Made by a program: the position numbers and the translations under genes | Notes under the pieces: model-generated | Told to the model about the DNA's origin: nothing | What the model saw: only the letters and a program-made list of their open reading frames with translations | The model's database searches: none | Shown here: one piece after another, positions 1 through 9,396 of the stretch | Position numbering within the stretch: position 1 is the first letter of the stretch | How the letters are laid out: each line of letters opens with the position of its first letter | Origin: Vibrio alginolyticus NBRC 15630 = ATCC 17749 | Lineage (GTDB): Bacteria; Pseudomonadota; Gammaproteobacteria; Enterobacterales; Vibrionaceae | Length of the DNA: 32,000 nt | Direction of reading: 5' to 3' | NCBI RefSeq assembly: GCF_000354175.2 | Contig: NC_022349.1 | Coordinates: 1,830,001 to 1,862,000 of the forward strand

Positions 1-516
1 GTCAGTAAAGTTCAGCACTTTGCCGAGCATTATCCAGATAATCGAATCGAATGGCACTTCATTGGCCCGATTCAATCGAATAAATCGCGACTTGTTGCTG
101 AACATTTCGATTGGGTTCACACCATCGATCGAACCAAGATTGCTCAACGCCTGAATGATCAGCGGCCAAGCGAACTTAAACCGCTACAAGTTCTGATTCA
201 GGTTAACACCAGTGGTGAGGCATCTAAGTCTGGTGTCACTGAAGCGGAAGTATTCGAGCTGGCGGAGTTGATTTCTCGCCTACCCAACCTCACTTTAAGA
301 GGGTTGATGTCGATTCCTGCCAACGTGTCTGACTACGAATCACAACTCCGTGAATTTCAGAAGTTGGCTACGTTGAAGCAAACACTCGAAGCACAGTTCC
401 CAGAAATCGATACATTATCAATGGGAATGAGTGGTGATATGACCGCTGCAATCGAAGCTGGTAGTACAATGGTTCGTATTGGAACCGCTATTTTCGGCGC
501 ACGAGACTACAGCTAA
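1..516 (+). CDS. yggS: PLP-homeostasis protein YggS/YBL036C family (5' end truncated by window edge)
   Basis: Frame 1 is open from nt 1 to the stop at 514-516. Translation VSKVQHFAEHYPDNRIEWHFIGPIQSNKSRLVAEHFDWVHTIDR...LMSIP...LSMGMSGDMTAAIEAGSTMVRIGTAIFG is typical of YggS. It sits in the conserved yggS-proC-yggT-yggU context. Confidence 0.85.
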   Translation, partial: VSKVQHFAEHYPDNRIEWHFIGPIQSNKSRLVAEHFDWVHTIDRTKIAQRLNDQRPSELKPLQVLIQVNTSGEASKSGVTEAEVFELAELISRLPNLTLRGLMSIPANVSDYESQLREFQKLATLKQTLEAQFPEIDTLSMGMSGDMTAAIEAGSTMVRIGTAIFGARDYS

Positions 517-675
517 ATCAACAAAACGCTCACTCGCGACATAAGTTATGTCGTCAATCGTTAGAGCGTAAATGCGCAATCATCTTACTCGCCAATAGGA
601 GCAGTAAGTAACAGCGGCGCCATTATACACCTGAGCGCACAACAAATTCTAAATATCATGATGGAAATCAGACAA

Positions 676-1494
676 ATGGAACATAAAAAAATCGCCTTCA
701 TTGGTGCTGGCAACATGGTGAGAGCCATTGTTTCCGGCTTGGTTGCTAACGGATACCCAGCGCAAAACATTACCGCGACGGCTCCTTCAGAGGCTCGCCG
801 CCTTCTGCTAGAACAAGATTTTGGCATCCGTACCACCAGCGATAACATCCAAGCTGCGACCGAGGCGGATGTGGTGGTATTGTCTGTAAAACCGCAAATG
901 ATGGCTGATGTCTGTAAACCACTGCAATCGATCGATTTCACTAATAAACTGGTGATTTCTATTGCCGCAGGCATCAACTGTTCACGATTGGATGATATGC
1001 TAGCCACCAAATTGAACTTGGTTCGTGTTATGCCAAATACGCCATCACAACTTGGGTTGGGTATGAGTGGGTTATTCGCACCAACTCATGTAACCGAGCA
1101 CGACAAAGCTTTTGCCGCAGAGTTAATGGAAGCGGTCGGTAAAGTATGCTGGGTTGAGCAAGAGTCTGGCATCAATAATGTGATTGCCGCAGCGGGCAGT
1201 GCTCCAGCATACTTCTTCCTGTTTATGGAAGCGATGCAAGCAGAAGCGATTGCGCAAGGCTTTGATAAAGAGACCGCTCGACTATTGGTTCAGCAAGCTG
1301 CACTGGGCGCGGCCAGTATGGTGGTTAGCAACCCAGAAACTGAGCTATCAACCCTGCGTGAGAACGTAACATCGAAAGGTGGGACAACGGCAGAAGCACT
1401 GCGTACATTCAACGAACATCAACTTTCAGATATTGTCGCTAAAGCCATGCAAGCTGCTGTGGCTCGCGCGGAAGAAATGGAAAAACTGTTTTAA
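676..1494 (+). CDS. proC: pyrroline-5-carboxylate reductase
   Basis: The ORF track gives 658-1494. I prefer the ATG at 676 (MEHKKIAFIGAGNM), which gives 272 aa and puts the Rossmann GxGxxG motif at the N-terminus as in ProC. The C-terminal SKGGTTAEAL motif is characteristic of the P5CR dimerisation domain. Confidence 0.9.
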   Translation: MEHKKIAFIGAGNMVRAIVSGLVANGYPAQNITATAPSEARRLLLEQDFGIRTTSDNIQAATEADVVVLSVKPQMMADVCKPLQSIDFTNKLVISIAAGINCSRLDDMLATKLNLVRVMPNTPSQLGLGMSGLFAPTHVTEHDKAFAAELMEAVGKVCWVEQESGINNVIAAAGSAPAYFFLFMEAMQAEAIAQGFDKETARLLVQQAALGAASMVVSNPETELSTLRENVTSKGGTTAEALRTFNEHQLSDIVAKAMQAAVARAEEMEKLF

Positions 1495-1546
1495 TTATGT
1501 GGATGAACTCCGTTTAGTATCATCCATCACTTGTTAAGGGTACCTT

Positions 1547-2104
1547 ATGAATTCAATGAGTTTTCTCATCTCAACCCTATTTGACCTGTACATCATGGTC
1601 GTAATTTTGCGAATTTGGTTGCAAGCTGCGCGCGCAGACTTCTACAACCCATTCTCGCAATTCATAGTAAAAGCGACTCAGCCGGTCATTGGTCCATTGC
1701 GCCGCGTTATCCCTTCCGTGGGGAATATTGACCTAGCAACCGTGTTGTTTGCCTACGTGTTGTGTGTGCTTAAATTTGTCGTGCTTATCCTAATAGCTTC
1801 GAACGGTTCCGTCTCTTTCAGCGCTGACTTCTTATTCTTGGGCTTATTATCATTAATCAAAGCCGCAGGTGGCCTATTGTTCTGGGTACTATTGATCCGT
1901 GCAATTTTGAGCTGGGTAAGCCAAGGCCGCAGCCCTATCGAGTACGTATTCCATCAACTGACCGAGCCAATGTGCGCTCCAATCCGTCGTATTCTTCCGG
2001 CTATTGGTGGTCTTGATTTAAGCGTACTGGTGTTATTTATCGGCTTGCAGTTCGCGAACTTCTTAATGGGCGATATCATTGGTCCAATTTGGTTCCAGCT
2101 ATAA
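1547..2104 (+). CDS. yggT: YggT family integral membrane protein
   Basis: 185-aa hydrophobic protein with two YGGT-type repeats ([18 protein letters not shown] and [17 protein letters not shown]). Conserved position between proC and yggU. Confidence 0.85.
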   Translation: MNSMSFLISTLFDLYIMVVILRIWLQAARADFYNPFSQFIVKATQPVIGPLRRVIPSVGNIDLATVLFAYVLCVLKFVVLILIASNGSVSFSADFLFLGLLSLIKAAGGLLFWVLLIRAILSWVSQGRSPIEYVFHQLTEPMCAPIRRILPAIGGLDLSVLVLFIGLQFANFLMGDIIGPIWFQL

Positions 2105-2394
2105 TGTCAGCTGCAGTTTGGCAAGATGGTGAGGACATCATCCTGAAGCTCTATATTCAACCTAAAGCTAGCCGCGATAAAATCGTTGGCTTGCATGGTG
2201 AAGAGCTAAAAATCGCCATTACTGCTCCACCTGTCGATGGCAAAGCTAATGCACACCTAACTAAGTTCTTAGCCAAGCAGTTTAAAATCGCTAAGGGCTT
2301 GGTTCACATAGAAAAAGGTGAATTAGGACGGCACAAACAAATTCGGATAGAATCGCCTACCCAGATACCGACAGAAATTAAAGCCATCTTATGA
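2104..2394 (+). CDS. yggU: DUF167 protein YggU
   Basis: The ORF track starts at 2089. The ATG at 2104 gives 96 aa ([49 protein letters not shown]...[11 protein letters not shown]), colinear with E. coli YggU. The start overlaps the yggT stop (TAATG), which suggests translational coupling. Confidence 0.85.
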   Translation: MSAAVWQDGEDIILKLYIQPKASRDKIVGLHGEELKIAITAPPVDGKANAHLTKFLAKQFKIAKGLVHIEKGELGRHKQIRIESPTQIPTEIKAIL

Positions 2395-2408
2395 TGGCTT
2401 TTTATTTA
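2381..2408 (+). terminator. intrinsic terminator after yggU
   Basis: Stem AGCCATC (2382-2388) pairs with GATGGCT (2393-2399) around a 4-nt loop, followed by TTTTATTT. The hairpin overlaps the yggU stop codon. Confidence 0.7.
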
Positions 2409-2523
2409 CGATTTTGAACCACACTTACTAATACCAACGACTGAGTACGCATTTTTTACCCCCCTGACCAAGGTAAAATTGCAGCTATGGTTGTTTTATA
2501 ACAAGTGCTTTGAGGAAGTAACA

Positions 2524-2955
2524 ATGAGCAAATGGATTACCGCATTACTGATTAGCCTGTTGTCGTTACCAAGCTTCGCCGATCAGTTTAAAAATATGAA
2601 AGATATCGAAGTACACTATGTCGCGTTTAACTCAACATTCCTAACACCCAAAGTCGCACGTAGCTACGATATCAAACGTAATGGATACCTCGCTGTGGTT
2701 AATATTAGCGTGTTAGATAGAGCTTCATTGGGTAAGCCAGCATTAGAAGCAAAAATTGCTGGACGCGCGAAGAACCTTATCGGCCAAACTCAGACCTTGA
2801 CCTTTCGTGAAGTCAAAGAAGGCAATGCGATATACTATTTAGCCGAACTGCCAATTACCCACGAAGAAACTTTTACTTTCGATATTGACGTAAAAGCTGG
2901 AAACAAAGGCTCAGGTAAGCTTAAATTCACCCAGAAGTTTTATGTTGAAGAGTAA
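2524..2955 (+). CDS. secreted protein of unknown function (DUF4426-like)
   Basis: The ORF track starts at a TTG at 2479. The ATG at 2524 is preceded by GAGGAAG and gives a clean Sec signal peptide (MSKWITALLISLLSLPSFA/DQ). The mature part of about 125 aa is beta-rich with no catalytic motif. The family assignment is from memory of the conserved ygg neighbourhood. Confidence 0.65.
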   Translation: MSKWITALLISLLSLPSFADQFKNMKDIEVHYVAFNSTFLTPKVARSYDIKRNGYLAVVNISVLDRASLGKPALEAKIAGRAKNLIGQTQTLTFREVKEGNAIYYLAELPITHEETFTFDIDVKAGNKGSGKLKFTQKFYVEE

Positions 2956-3025
2956 TTGGGTTGTGATGTTCCAAAAGCTTTTGGATCTAAGCAGGCTAAA
3001 AACCACTTATTAGTTAAAGAATATC

Positions 3026-3052
3026 TAGAGGAGAACGATTTGTTCTCCTCTA
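3026..3052. terminator. perfect 11-bp stem-loop between the DUF4426-like gene and rdgB (terminator-like, no clean U-tract)
   Basis: TAGAGGAGAAC (3026-3036), loop GATTT, GTTCTCCTCTA (3042-3052). The downstream sequence TCACTATTAAAAG is only weakly U-rich. Confidence 0.35.
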
Positions 3053-3073
3053 TCACTATTAAAAGAGATTCCC

Positions 3074-3676
3074 ATGAAAAAAATTGTGCTAGCAACTGGT
3101 AACCAAGGCAAAGTTCGTGAAATGGCAGATTTATTGTCTGACTTCGGCTTTGAAGTATTAGCGCAAAGTGAATTCAATGTATCGGAAGTAGCTGAAACGG
3201 GTACAACTTTCATTGAAAACGCAATCATTAAAGCTCGCCATGCCGCACAAGAAACAGGGCTTCCTGCCATTGCAGACGACTCTGGATTAGAAGTCGATTT
3301 CTTAAAAGGCGCTCCGGGCATTTACTCTGCACGTTACGCAGGCGAGAGCGCATCTGATCAAGAGAATTTAGAAAAATTGCTAGCGGCAATGGAAGGCGTA
3401 CCAGAAGCAGAGCGTACAGCACGTTTCCACTGTGTATTAGTCCTCATGCGTCACGAGAACGACCCAACGCCTATCGTCTGCCACGGTAAATGGGAAGGTC
3501 GCATTCTAACTGAAGCTCACGGTGAAAATGGTTTTGGCTACGACCCAATCTTCTTTGTTCCTGAAGACAACTGTGCGTCAGCCGAACTTGAACCTGCACG
3601 TAAAAAACAACTGTCTCACCGCGGTAAAGCGCTCAAGTCGTTGTTTGCTCAACTGTCTGAGCAAGTGTCTCAGTAA
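3074..3676 (+). CDS. rdgB: dITP/XTP pyrophosphatase (non-canonical purine NTP pyrophosphatase) RdgB
   Basis: 200 aa. [17 protein letters not shown]...[14 protein letters not shown]...DDSGLEVD...FGYDPIFF...SHRGKAL are the hallmark Ham1/RdgB motifs. Confidence 0.9.
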   Translation: MKKIVLATGNQGKVREMADLLSDFGFEVLAQSEFNVSEVAETGTTFIENAIIKARHAAQETGLPAIADDSGLEVDFLKGAPGIYSARYAGESASDQENLEKLLAAMEGVPEAERTARFHCVLVLMRHENDPTPIVCHGKWEGRILTEAHGENGFGYDPIFFVPEDNCASAELEPARKKQLSHRGKALKSLFAQLSEQVSQ

Positions 3677-3694
3677 TCACGAGCGAATTAGACC

Positions 3695-4873
3695 ATGTTA
3701 ACGCCCCCAGCACTCAGCTTGTATGTACACATCCCGTGGTGTGTGCAAAAGTGCCCGTATTGCGACTTTAACTCTCACGCGCTCAAAACCGAGATTCCAG
3801 AAGAAGAGTACATCAGTGCCCTTTTAGAAGATTTGGATACCGACATTGAGAAATACCGACTTAACGAAGCGCCACGTCCACTGCATTCAATCTTCATTGG
3901 TGGTGGTACGCCGAGTTTGATTTCGGCAGAAGGCATCGAGCGTCTACTTAAGGGCATTGAAGCGCGTATTCCGTTCAAGCCTGAAATCGAAATCACCATG
4001 GAAGCGAATCCAGGCACCATCGAAACAGAGCGTTTTGTTGGCTACCGCAAAGCTGGTGTAACGCGTATCTCTATCGGCGTGCAAAGCTTTGAGCAACAAA
4101 AGCTTGAGCGTTTGGGGCGCATTCACGGCCAAGACGAAGCCGTCAATGCTGCTAAGCTGGCGCACCAAATCGGTTTGAACAGTTTTAACCTCGATCTCAT
4201 GCACGGCTTACCTGATCAAAGCATCGAACAAGCCTTGGCAGATTTGGACAAAGCGATTGAGTTGGCACCGCCGCACTTGTCTTGGTATCAGCTGACCATC
4301 GAACCAAACACCATGTTCTACTACAAGCCACCAACGCTACCTGACGATGATGACTTGTGGGATATTTTCGAGCTCGGACACCAAAAACTTGCAGCCGCGG
4401 GTTATGTGCAATATGAAATCTCCGGTTACAGCAAGCCGGGCTATCAGTGTCAGCACAACCTCAACTACTGGCGCTTTGGTGATTACCTTGGTATCGGTTG
4501 TGGCTCTCATGGCAAACTCAGTTTTACCGACGGACGTATTATTCGAACGACAAAGGTAAAACACCCGCGAGGCTATTTAGCGGCTTATCAAAATATGGTC
4601 AAACCTTATCTGCATACAGAACATGTCGTCGCGGATGAAGATCGTCCATTCGAGTTCTTTATGAACCGATTCCGCTTAATCGAAGCCTGTCCGAAGCAAG
4701 ATTATGTGGACACCACGAGCTTACCGCTCAGTACGATTCAAGAAACCATCGACTGGGCGATAGAAATGGGCTACCTGAATGAAACGCCTACCCACTGGCA
4801 AATTACTGAAAAAGGGAAGCTCTTCCTTAATGATTTGCTCGAAGCCTTTATGGCCGAAGAAAGCGAAGACTAA
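3695..4873 (+). CDS. hemW: radical SAM heme chaperone HemW (YggW, HemN-like, oxygen-independent coproporphyrinogen oxidase family)
   Basis: 392 aa with the CxxxCxxC radical-SAM motif (HIPWCVQKCPYCDF) and a HemN_C-like C-terminus. Conserved position after rdgB. Confidence 0.9.
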   Translation: MLTPPALSLYVHIPWCVQKCPYCDFNSHALKTEIPEEEYISALLEDLDTDIEKYRLNEAPRPLHSIFIGGGTPSLISAEGIERLLKGIEARIPFKPEIEITMEANPGTIETERFVGYRKAGVTRISIGVQSFEQQKLERLGRIHGQDEAVNAAKLAHQIGLNSFNLDLMHGLPDQSIEQALADLDKAIELAPPHLSWYQLTIEPNTMFYYKPPTLPDDDDLWDIFELGHQKLAAAGYVQYEISGYSKPGYQCQHNLNYWRFGDYLGIGCGSHGKLSFTDGRIIRTTKVKHPRGYLAAYQNMVKPYLHTEHVVADEDRPFEFFMNRFRLIEACPKQDYVDTTSLPLSTIQETIDWAIEMGYLNETPTHWQITEKGKLFLNDLLEAFMAEESED

Positions 4874-4891
4874 CGCAACCCCAAAACAAAA

Positions 4892-4920
4892 AAAGCCTCT
4901 CAATTGAGAGGCTTTTTATT
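4892..4920. terminator. bidirectional intrinsic terminator shared by convergent hemW and glsA
   Basis: AAGCCTCTC (4893-4901), loop AATT, GAGAGGCTT (4906-4914). An A-run lies upstream and TTTTATTT downstream, so a U-tract follows the hairpin on either strand. Confidence 0.8.
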
Positions 4921-4962
4921 TAGAAACTGTGCCGTCCTAAATAAGGTTGACACATTTCCACA

Positions 4963-5883
4963 TTAGAAAATTGAACGGCCAATTCGCTCTGAGAGCAGCT
5001 CAAGCGCCTTAGTACCCGCAAGCGAGTTACCTGAAGGATCAAGCTCTGGAGACCATACTGAAATGGTCATTTCACCAGGTACTACCGCGATAATGCCACC
5101 ACCAACACCAGACTTACCAGGCATTCCAACGCGATAAGCAAACTCGCCCGCGCCATCATACAAGCCACACGTTGCTAACAGTGCATTAAGTTGTTTGGTT
5201 TGCACAGGAGAAACTACAGGCTTACCCGTTTGTACCGATGTGCCCTTGTTTGCTAAATAGCTAAACGTTTTAGCCAAATCGACGCAACTCATCTTCAGCG
5301 CACAAGCGTGGAAGTAGTTTTGTAGTACTGGAATCACTTCATTTTCGAAGTTGCCAAACGAACGCATGAGATATGCAATCGCCGCATTACGATCACCATG
5401 CATCATTTCGGATGCCGCAACGACTTTGTCATACACAATATGGGTATCACCAGAAAGCTGACGCACAAACTCCAACAGGCGCTGACGAGGCGCAGATAAG
5501 CGAGTTTGTAACAAATCCGCCACTACTATCGCTCCAGCATTTATAAATGGATTACGAGGAATACCTTGCTCCATTTCTAGCTGGATTAGCGAATTAAATG
5601 CCTGCCCCGAAGGCTCTTTTCCCACTCGAGACCAAATTTCTTCTTGCTTGTACAAGCACATCGCTAACGTCAAGCTCAATGCTTTTGAAATAGATTGGAT
5701 AGAGAAAGGTTCATCGGCATCACCCGCCTTAATAACCTCACCTTCGTTGGTGTATACCGCAATACCTAACTTGTTGCTGGGTACTTTTGCCAGAGCAGGA
5801 ATATAATCAGCCACTTTACCTTGGCCGATTAAAGGGCGTACTTCCGCCAAAATATCTGTCAAAATTTCCACTGTCGGTTTCAT
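4963..5883 (-). CDS. glsA: glutaminase (GlsA family)
   Basis: 306 aa. The SxxK active-site motif ([12 protein letters not shown]) and [10 protein letters not shown] are typical of the serine-dependent beta-lactamase-fold glutaminases. Confidence 0.9.
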   Translation of the reverse strand: MKPTVEILTDILAEVRPLIGQGKVADYIPALAKVPSNKLGIAVYTNEGEVIKAGDADEPFSIQSISKALSLTLAMCLYKQEEIWSRVGKEPSGQAFNSLIQLEMEQGIPRNPFINAGAIVVADLLQTRLSAPRQRLLEFVRQLSGDTHIVYDKVVAASEMMHGDRNAAIAYLMRSFGNFENEVIPVLQNYFHACALKMSCVDLAKTFSYLANKGTSVQTGKPVVSPVQTKQLNALLATCGLYDGAGEFAYRVGMPGKSGVGGGIIAVVPGEMTISVWSPELDPSGNSLAGTKALELLSERIGRSIF

Positions 5884-5925
5884 TCTCTACCTTCTATTTA
5901 CAAGAGAACTCGTTGAGCTCAGAGG

Positions 5926-5952
5926 TAAAAAAAGCCAACGTGTCGTTGGCTT
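5926..5952 (-). terminator. intrinsic terminator downstream of the methyltransferase gene
   Basis: On the + strand the sequence reads AAAAAAAGCCAACG TGT CGTTGGCTTTT. On the - strand transcript the 8-9 bp stem is followed by a run of 7 U. This separates the trmB-methyltransferase unit from glsA. Confidence 0.7.
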
Positions 5953-5981
5953 TTCCATAGGGTTCGTTCGACTCAAGTCGA

Positions 5982-7010
5982 TTATGGTTTTACTGCCACA
6001 ATAATATTGCGGTTGATAGATTGATCAACACGGTGAAGATAACCGATGTAAGGCTCTTCTGAAAGTACCTTCCAACCTTGCTCTTCAAATAATGCCGCGA
6101 CATCTTTCCATTTCAATGTGAATTCATTGAAAGACAACACCACTGAACCTTGCTTTTTCAATACCACTTTCCATGCAGGCAGAGCCTCGTTTAAAAGCTC
6201 TAGTGGACTGCGGTTCAGTTTGCTGTCCTTAGCATTTTTGCTGCCGTGTTGCACGCCATAAGGCAGATCAGACACCATCACATCAACTGAGTTCTTTTTC
6301 ACGACTTGATCAGCGATACGAGTATCAGCCGAATACAGCTTCATAAACTGAAGATTGCCTTGGTTGTAATCTTCTTTATTTACTGCAGCTTCAACCACGA
6401 AACCATCCGCCACTTTCTTGCCACCCGCAGTGCGCTTTTCTTTGCTCACTTTGTGCTTAAAGCGGCCATTCTTCATGAACTTAACAATAAAGGTCTGGAT
6501 CTCTTGCACCCACTTGGCGTTGATCTCAACCCCTACCACGTTCAAACCGTGGATCAAGCCTTCAAATAAGGTTGTACCTTTACCACACATTGGATCCATT
6601 AAGGTCAGTTGTTCACTTCCCGTATTGGACGCACTAATGCCGATATTCACCATCAAACGGGTAAACTGTTCGTTTGTTTTCCCGGTGTAGCGCAAAATCT
6701 GGCTCATACTTTCCGGGAAAGTGTTAAATACGGGCGCTTGAACTGGTCGAAGTAAACCATCTTCGCGCACTTCAAATAGCGCATAGTAAATCGAAGAGGC
6801 TGCGATTCTTCGCGCCTGCTCATCGGTTAGCGCTTCCTGACAAGAAAACACCAACGCAGCAGGTAAGCCAACGTCTTTACTACCAATTTCTGTCACATCC
6901 ACGCCTTGTGAAGCTAAAATTGCTTTTAGCTCAGAACAGGCAATGGTCATTGCGCTATCAAAGTAAATTCGGTTATGACCCGGATTCGCTAATATCGCGT
7001 AATGGTACAT
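5982..7010 (-). CDS. SAM-dependent amino-methyltransferase of unknown substrate (UPF0020/Trm11/RlmL-like motif order), with an uncharacterised N-terminal domain
   Basis: 342 aa. Motif I is LMDPMCGKGTTLFEG, motif II is VVGVEIN, and motif IV is VSDLPYGVQHG (the D/N-P/L-P-Y family typical of N6-A/N2-G/N4-C amino-methyltransferases). About 130 N-terminal residues have no motif I recognise. GAGGAG lies 8 nt before the ATG, and the gene starts 17 nt after the trmB stop. Confidence 0.65.
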   Translation of the reverse strand: MYHYAILANPGHNRIYFDSAMTIACSELKAILASQGVDVTEIGSKDVGLPAALVFSCQEALTDEQARRIAASSIYYALFEVREDGLLRPVQAPVFNTFPESMSQILRYTGKTNEQFTRLMVNIGISASNTGSEQLTLMDPMCGKGTTLFEGLIHGLNVVGVEINAKWVQEIQTFIVKFMKNGRFKHKVSKEKRTAGGKKVADGFVVEAAVNKEDYNQGNLQFMKLYSADTRIADQVVKKNSVDVMVSDLPYGVQHGSKNAKDSKLNRSPLELLNEALPAWKVVLKKQGSVVLSFNEFTLKWKDVAALFEEQGWKVLSEEPYIGYLHRVDQSINRNIIVAVKP

Positions 7011-7027
7011 CCCATGAACTCCTCTGG

Positions 7028-7747
7028 TTACGCAATACGCTTATATTTGATATCCCAAACACCGTGACCAAGACGGTGACCACGAGCTTCAAACTTCGTT
7101 AGCGGGCGATCGTCTGGACGAGGAACGAAATCACCATCTTTAGCAATGTTTTCGAAACCTGGCGCTTGGTTCATCACTTCAATCATGTGCTCTGCGTAGT
7201 TTTCCCAGTCGGTCGCCATGTGGAAAATACCTTCATTAGGGATAAGCTTCTCACGCACCATTTCCGCAAAACCTAATTGAACAATACGACGCTTGTGGTG
7301 ACGCTTCTTATGCCAAGGGTCTGGGAAGAACAATTGCAGTGTCGATAAGCTGCCATTTGGGATCATGTGTTCGAATACTTCTACCGCATCGTGACACATT
7401 ACACGCAGGTTAGTAATTCCTGCTTCGCGAGCATCCGCAAGACAAGCACCAACGCCCGGGCTATGAACTTCGATACCGATGAAGTTTTTCTCTGGCGCGT
7501 TCTTTGCCATTTCAACCAATGAAGCACCCATACCAAAACCGATCTCAAGCACTACTGGGTTATCGTTGCCAAACACCTCTTTCCAATCGAGAAGTTCAGC
7601 TTTGAAGTCAATACCCATCGTAGGCCAGCATTCATTCATCGCGCTCTCTTGACCTTTAGTCAAACGCCCTTCACGGCGTACAAAGCTGCGGATTTTGCGG
7701 ATCAGCTTTCCGTCTTCGTTGTATTCGTTAGTGGTTACTTCACTCAT
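7028..7747 (-). CDS. trmB: tRNA (guanine46-N7)-methyltransferase
   Basis: The ORF track begins at a GTG at 7762. The ATG at 7747 gives 239 aa, the same length as E. coli Trm[24 protein letters not shown] and [15 protein letters not shown] are canonical TrmB motifs. Confidence 0.9.
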   Translation of the reverse strand: MSEVTTNEYNEDGKLIRKIRSFVRREGRLTKGQESAMNECWPTMGIDFKAELLDWKEVFGNDNPVVLEIGFGMGASLVEMAKNAPEKNFIGIEVHSPGVGACLADAREAGITNLRVMCHDAVEVFEHMIPNGSLSTLQLFFPDPWHKKRHHKRRIVQLGFAEMVREKLIPNEGIFHMATDWENYAEHMIEVMNQAPGFENIAKDGDFVPRPDDRPLTKFEARGHRLGHGVWDIKYKRIA

Positions 7748-7950
7748 TGATTTTGCCTGCACATTGATTAATCAAAGCGGGGATTATCCAAAGAATTTAC
7801 TTAGGTGCAAGTATTTGTTGAGCTCTTGGTCTATGGCAACCCAAAAGCAACGACACACCTCTTTATATCCCTACTGTTTATCCGTTGTACTTCTTGCCCA
7901 TTATGTGGTGCAATTTTGCACCTAACCAATAATAGAATACAGAGCAAGTC

Positions 7951-9027
7951 GTGACACCTTTCGCCAGTGCCATCCTAGAATGGTATGACGCATATGGAAG
8001 AAAAGATCTTCCGTGGCAACAAAATAAGACCGCATACAGTGTCTGGTTGTCTGAAATTATGCTTCAGCAAACTCAGGTCACTACGGTTATTCCGTATTAC
8101 CAACGTTTTTTGGAGCGCTTTCCAACCGTGATCGATCTTGCCAATGCTGAGCAAGATGAAGTCCTACACCTTTGGACTGGCTTAGGGTATTACGCCCGAG
8201 CCCGTAACCTTCACAAAGCAGCACAAGAGGTCGCCTCTACATACAATGGTGAGTTTCCTCTTGATATAGAGAAAATGAACGCCCTACCGGGGATTGGTCG
8301 CTCTACTGCTGCCGCCATTTTATCGTCTGTGTATAAACAACCACACGCGATTCTTGATGGTAACGTGAAGCGCACCCTATCCCGCTGTTTCGCAGTCGAA
8401 GGATGGCCAGGACAAAAAAAGGTTGAAAACCGGCTGTGGGAAATTGCCGAAACGCATACCCCACAAACGGATGTAGATAAGTATAACCAGGCAATGATGG
8501 ACATGGGCGCAATGGTCTGCACTCGCAGCAAACCCAAATGTAGCCTCTGCCCTGTTGCTGATCTGTGTGTGGCAAAACAACAAGGTAATGTGCTCGACTA
8601 CCCGGGCAAAAAACCGAAGAAAGATAAACCAATCAAGCAAACTCGTTTCGTGATGCTTCACCACAACACCGAAAATGGTCATGAGGTGTGGTTGGAGCAA
8701 AGACCACAAACAGGCATTTGGGGTGGCTTATTCTGCTTCCCACAAACCGAACATGTGGATGCAGAAAGCGACATTGAATTGCTACTGGATCAACGCGGCA
8801 TTCAAGCCAGCAATATCAAACAGAAGCAAACACTGATTACCTTTCGTCATACATTCAGCCATTACCACCTAGATATCACGCCAATTTTGATTGATTTATC
8901 AAAGCAACCGGACGTGATAATGGAAGGCAACAAAGGTCTTTGGTATAACTTATCTAAACCTGAAGAAGTCGGTTTAGCCGCGCCAGTAAAACTATTGCTG
9001 GAAACGCTACCCCACGAACTTCGTTAA
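7951..9027 (+). CDS. mutY: A/G-specific adenine DNA glycosylase MutY
   Basis: 358 aa with a GTG start. It has the HhH-GPD domain ([14 protein letters not shown]), the 4Fe-4S loop [17 protein letters not shown] (C-x6-C-x2-C-x5-C) and a NUDIX-like C-terminal domain. It is divergent from trmB, as in E. coli. Confidence 0.92.
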   Translation: MTPFASAILEWYDAYGRKDLPWQQNKTAYSVWLSEIMLQQTQVTTVIPYYQRFLERFPTVIDLANAEQDEVLHLWTGLGYYARARNLHKAAQEVASTYNGEFPLDIEKMNALPGIGRSTAAAILSSVYKQPHAILDGNVKRTLSRCFAVEGWPGQKKVENRLWEIAETHTPQTDVDKYNQAMMDMGAMVCTRSKPKCSLCPVADLCVAKQQGNVLDYPGKKPKKDKPIKQTRFVMLHHNTENGHEVWLEQRPQTGIWGGLFCFPQTEHVDAESDIELLLDQRGIQASNIKQKQTLITFRHTFSHYHLDITPILIDLSKQPDVIMEGNKGLWYNLSKPEEVGLAAPVKLLLETLPHELR

Positions 9028-9046
9028 TTGAATACAAGGAGTCATT

Positions 9047-9319
9047 ATGAGCCGCACTGTATTTTGTGCTCGACTAAAGAAAGAAGGCGAAGGTCTAGAC
9101 TTTCAACTTTACCCTGGTGAACTAGGTAAACGCATTTTCGACAACATCTCGAAAGAAGCGTGGGCTCAGTGGCAACACAAACAAACCATGTTGATCAACG
9201 AGAAGAAACTCAACATGATGGATCCAGAACACCGCAAACTTATCGAAACAGAAATGGTAAATTTCCTCTTTGAAGGAAAAGACGTTCATATCGAAGGTTA
9301 CACACCGCCGAGCGAATAA
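9047..9319 (+). CDS. yggX: Fe(2+)-trafficking / oxidative-damage protection protein YggX
   Basis: 90 aa. [31 protein letters not shown]...[19 protein letters not shown] is near-canonical YggX. It lies directly after mutY. Confidence 0.9.
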   Translation: MSRTVFCARLKKEGEGLDFQLYPGELGKRIFDNISKEAWAQWQHKQTMLINEKKLNMMDPEHRKLIETEMVNFLFEGKDVHIEGYTPPSE

Positions 9320-9337
9320 AGTCGCTTGAGTTAAACA

Positions 9338-9370
9338 ATGACATCACAACCATTTGTGGTGTCATTTTTC
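9338..9370 (+). terminator. intrinsic terminator after yggX
   Basis: TGACATCACAA (9339-9349), loop CCAT, TTGTGGTGTCA (9354-9364). This is an 11-bp stem with one G-U pair, followed by TTTTT (9365-9369). Confidence 0.65.
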
Positions 9371-9396
9371 TATTACCTTCAATAACTCTGATACTT

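Noticed and set aside
535-555. Small hairpins in the yggS-proC (CGACATA AGT TATGTCG) and proC-yggT (TGGATGA..TCATCCA) spacers.
   Set aside because: They have short stems and no U-tracts, and the genes are expected to be co-transcribed. Nothing distinguishes them from chance secondary structure.
585-1010. Antisense or alternate-frame ORFs inside well-supported genes (585-1010, 1184-1369, 3025-3422, 3775-4204, 4337-4564, 6306-6690, 8211-8709, 12089-12310, 14870-15373, 24042-24374, 26413-26918, 27535-28290, 28533-28811).
   Set aside because: They overlap CDSs with strong family-level motifs on the other strand or frame. They lack SD sequences and have odd composition (Cys/Ser/Arg-rich or hydrophobic mirror images of the real gene), which is typical of shadow ORFs.
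5982-7010. The methyltransferase considered as part of a restriction-modification or other defence system.
   Set aside because: There is no adjacent endonuclease, specificity subunit, helicase or other defence-associated gene. It is positioned behind trmB, between housekeeping genes, and its motif order fits RNA amino-methyltransferases at least as well.
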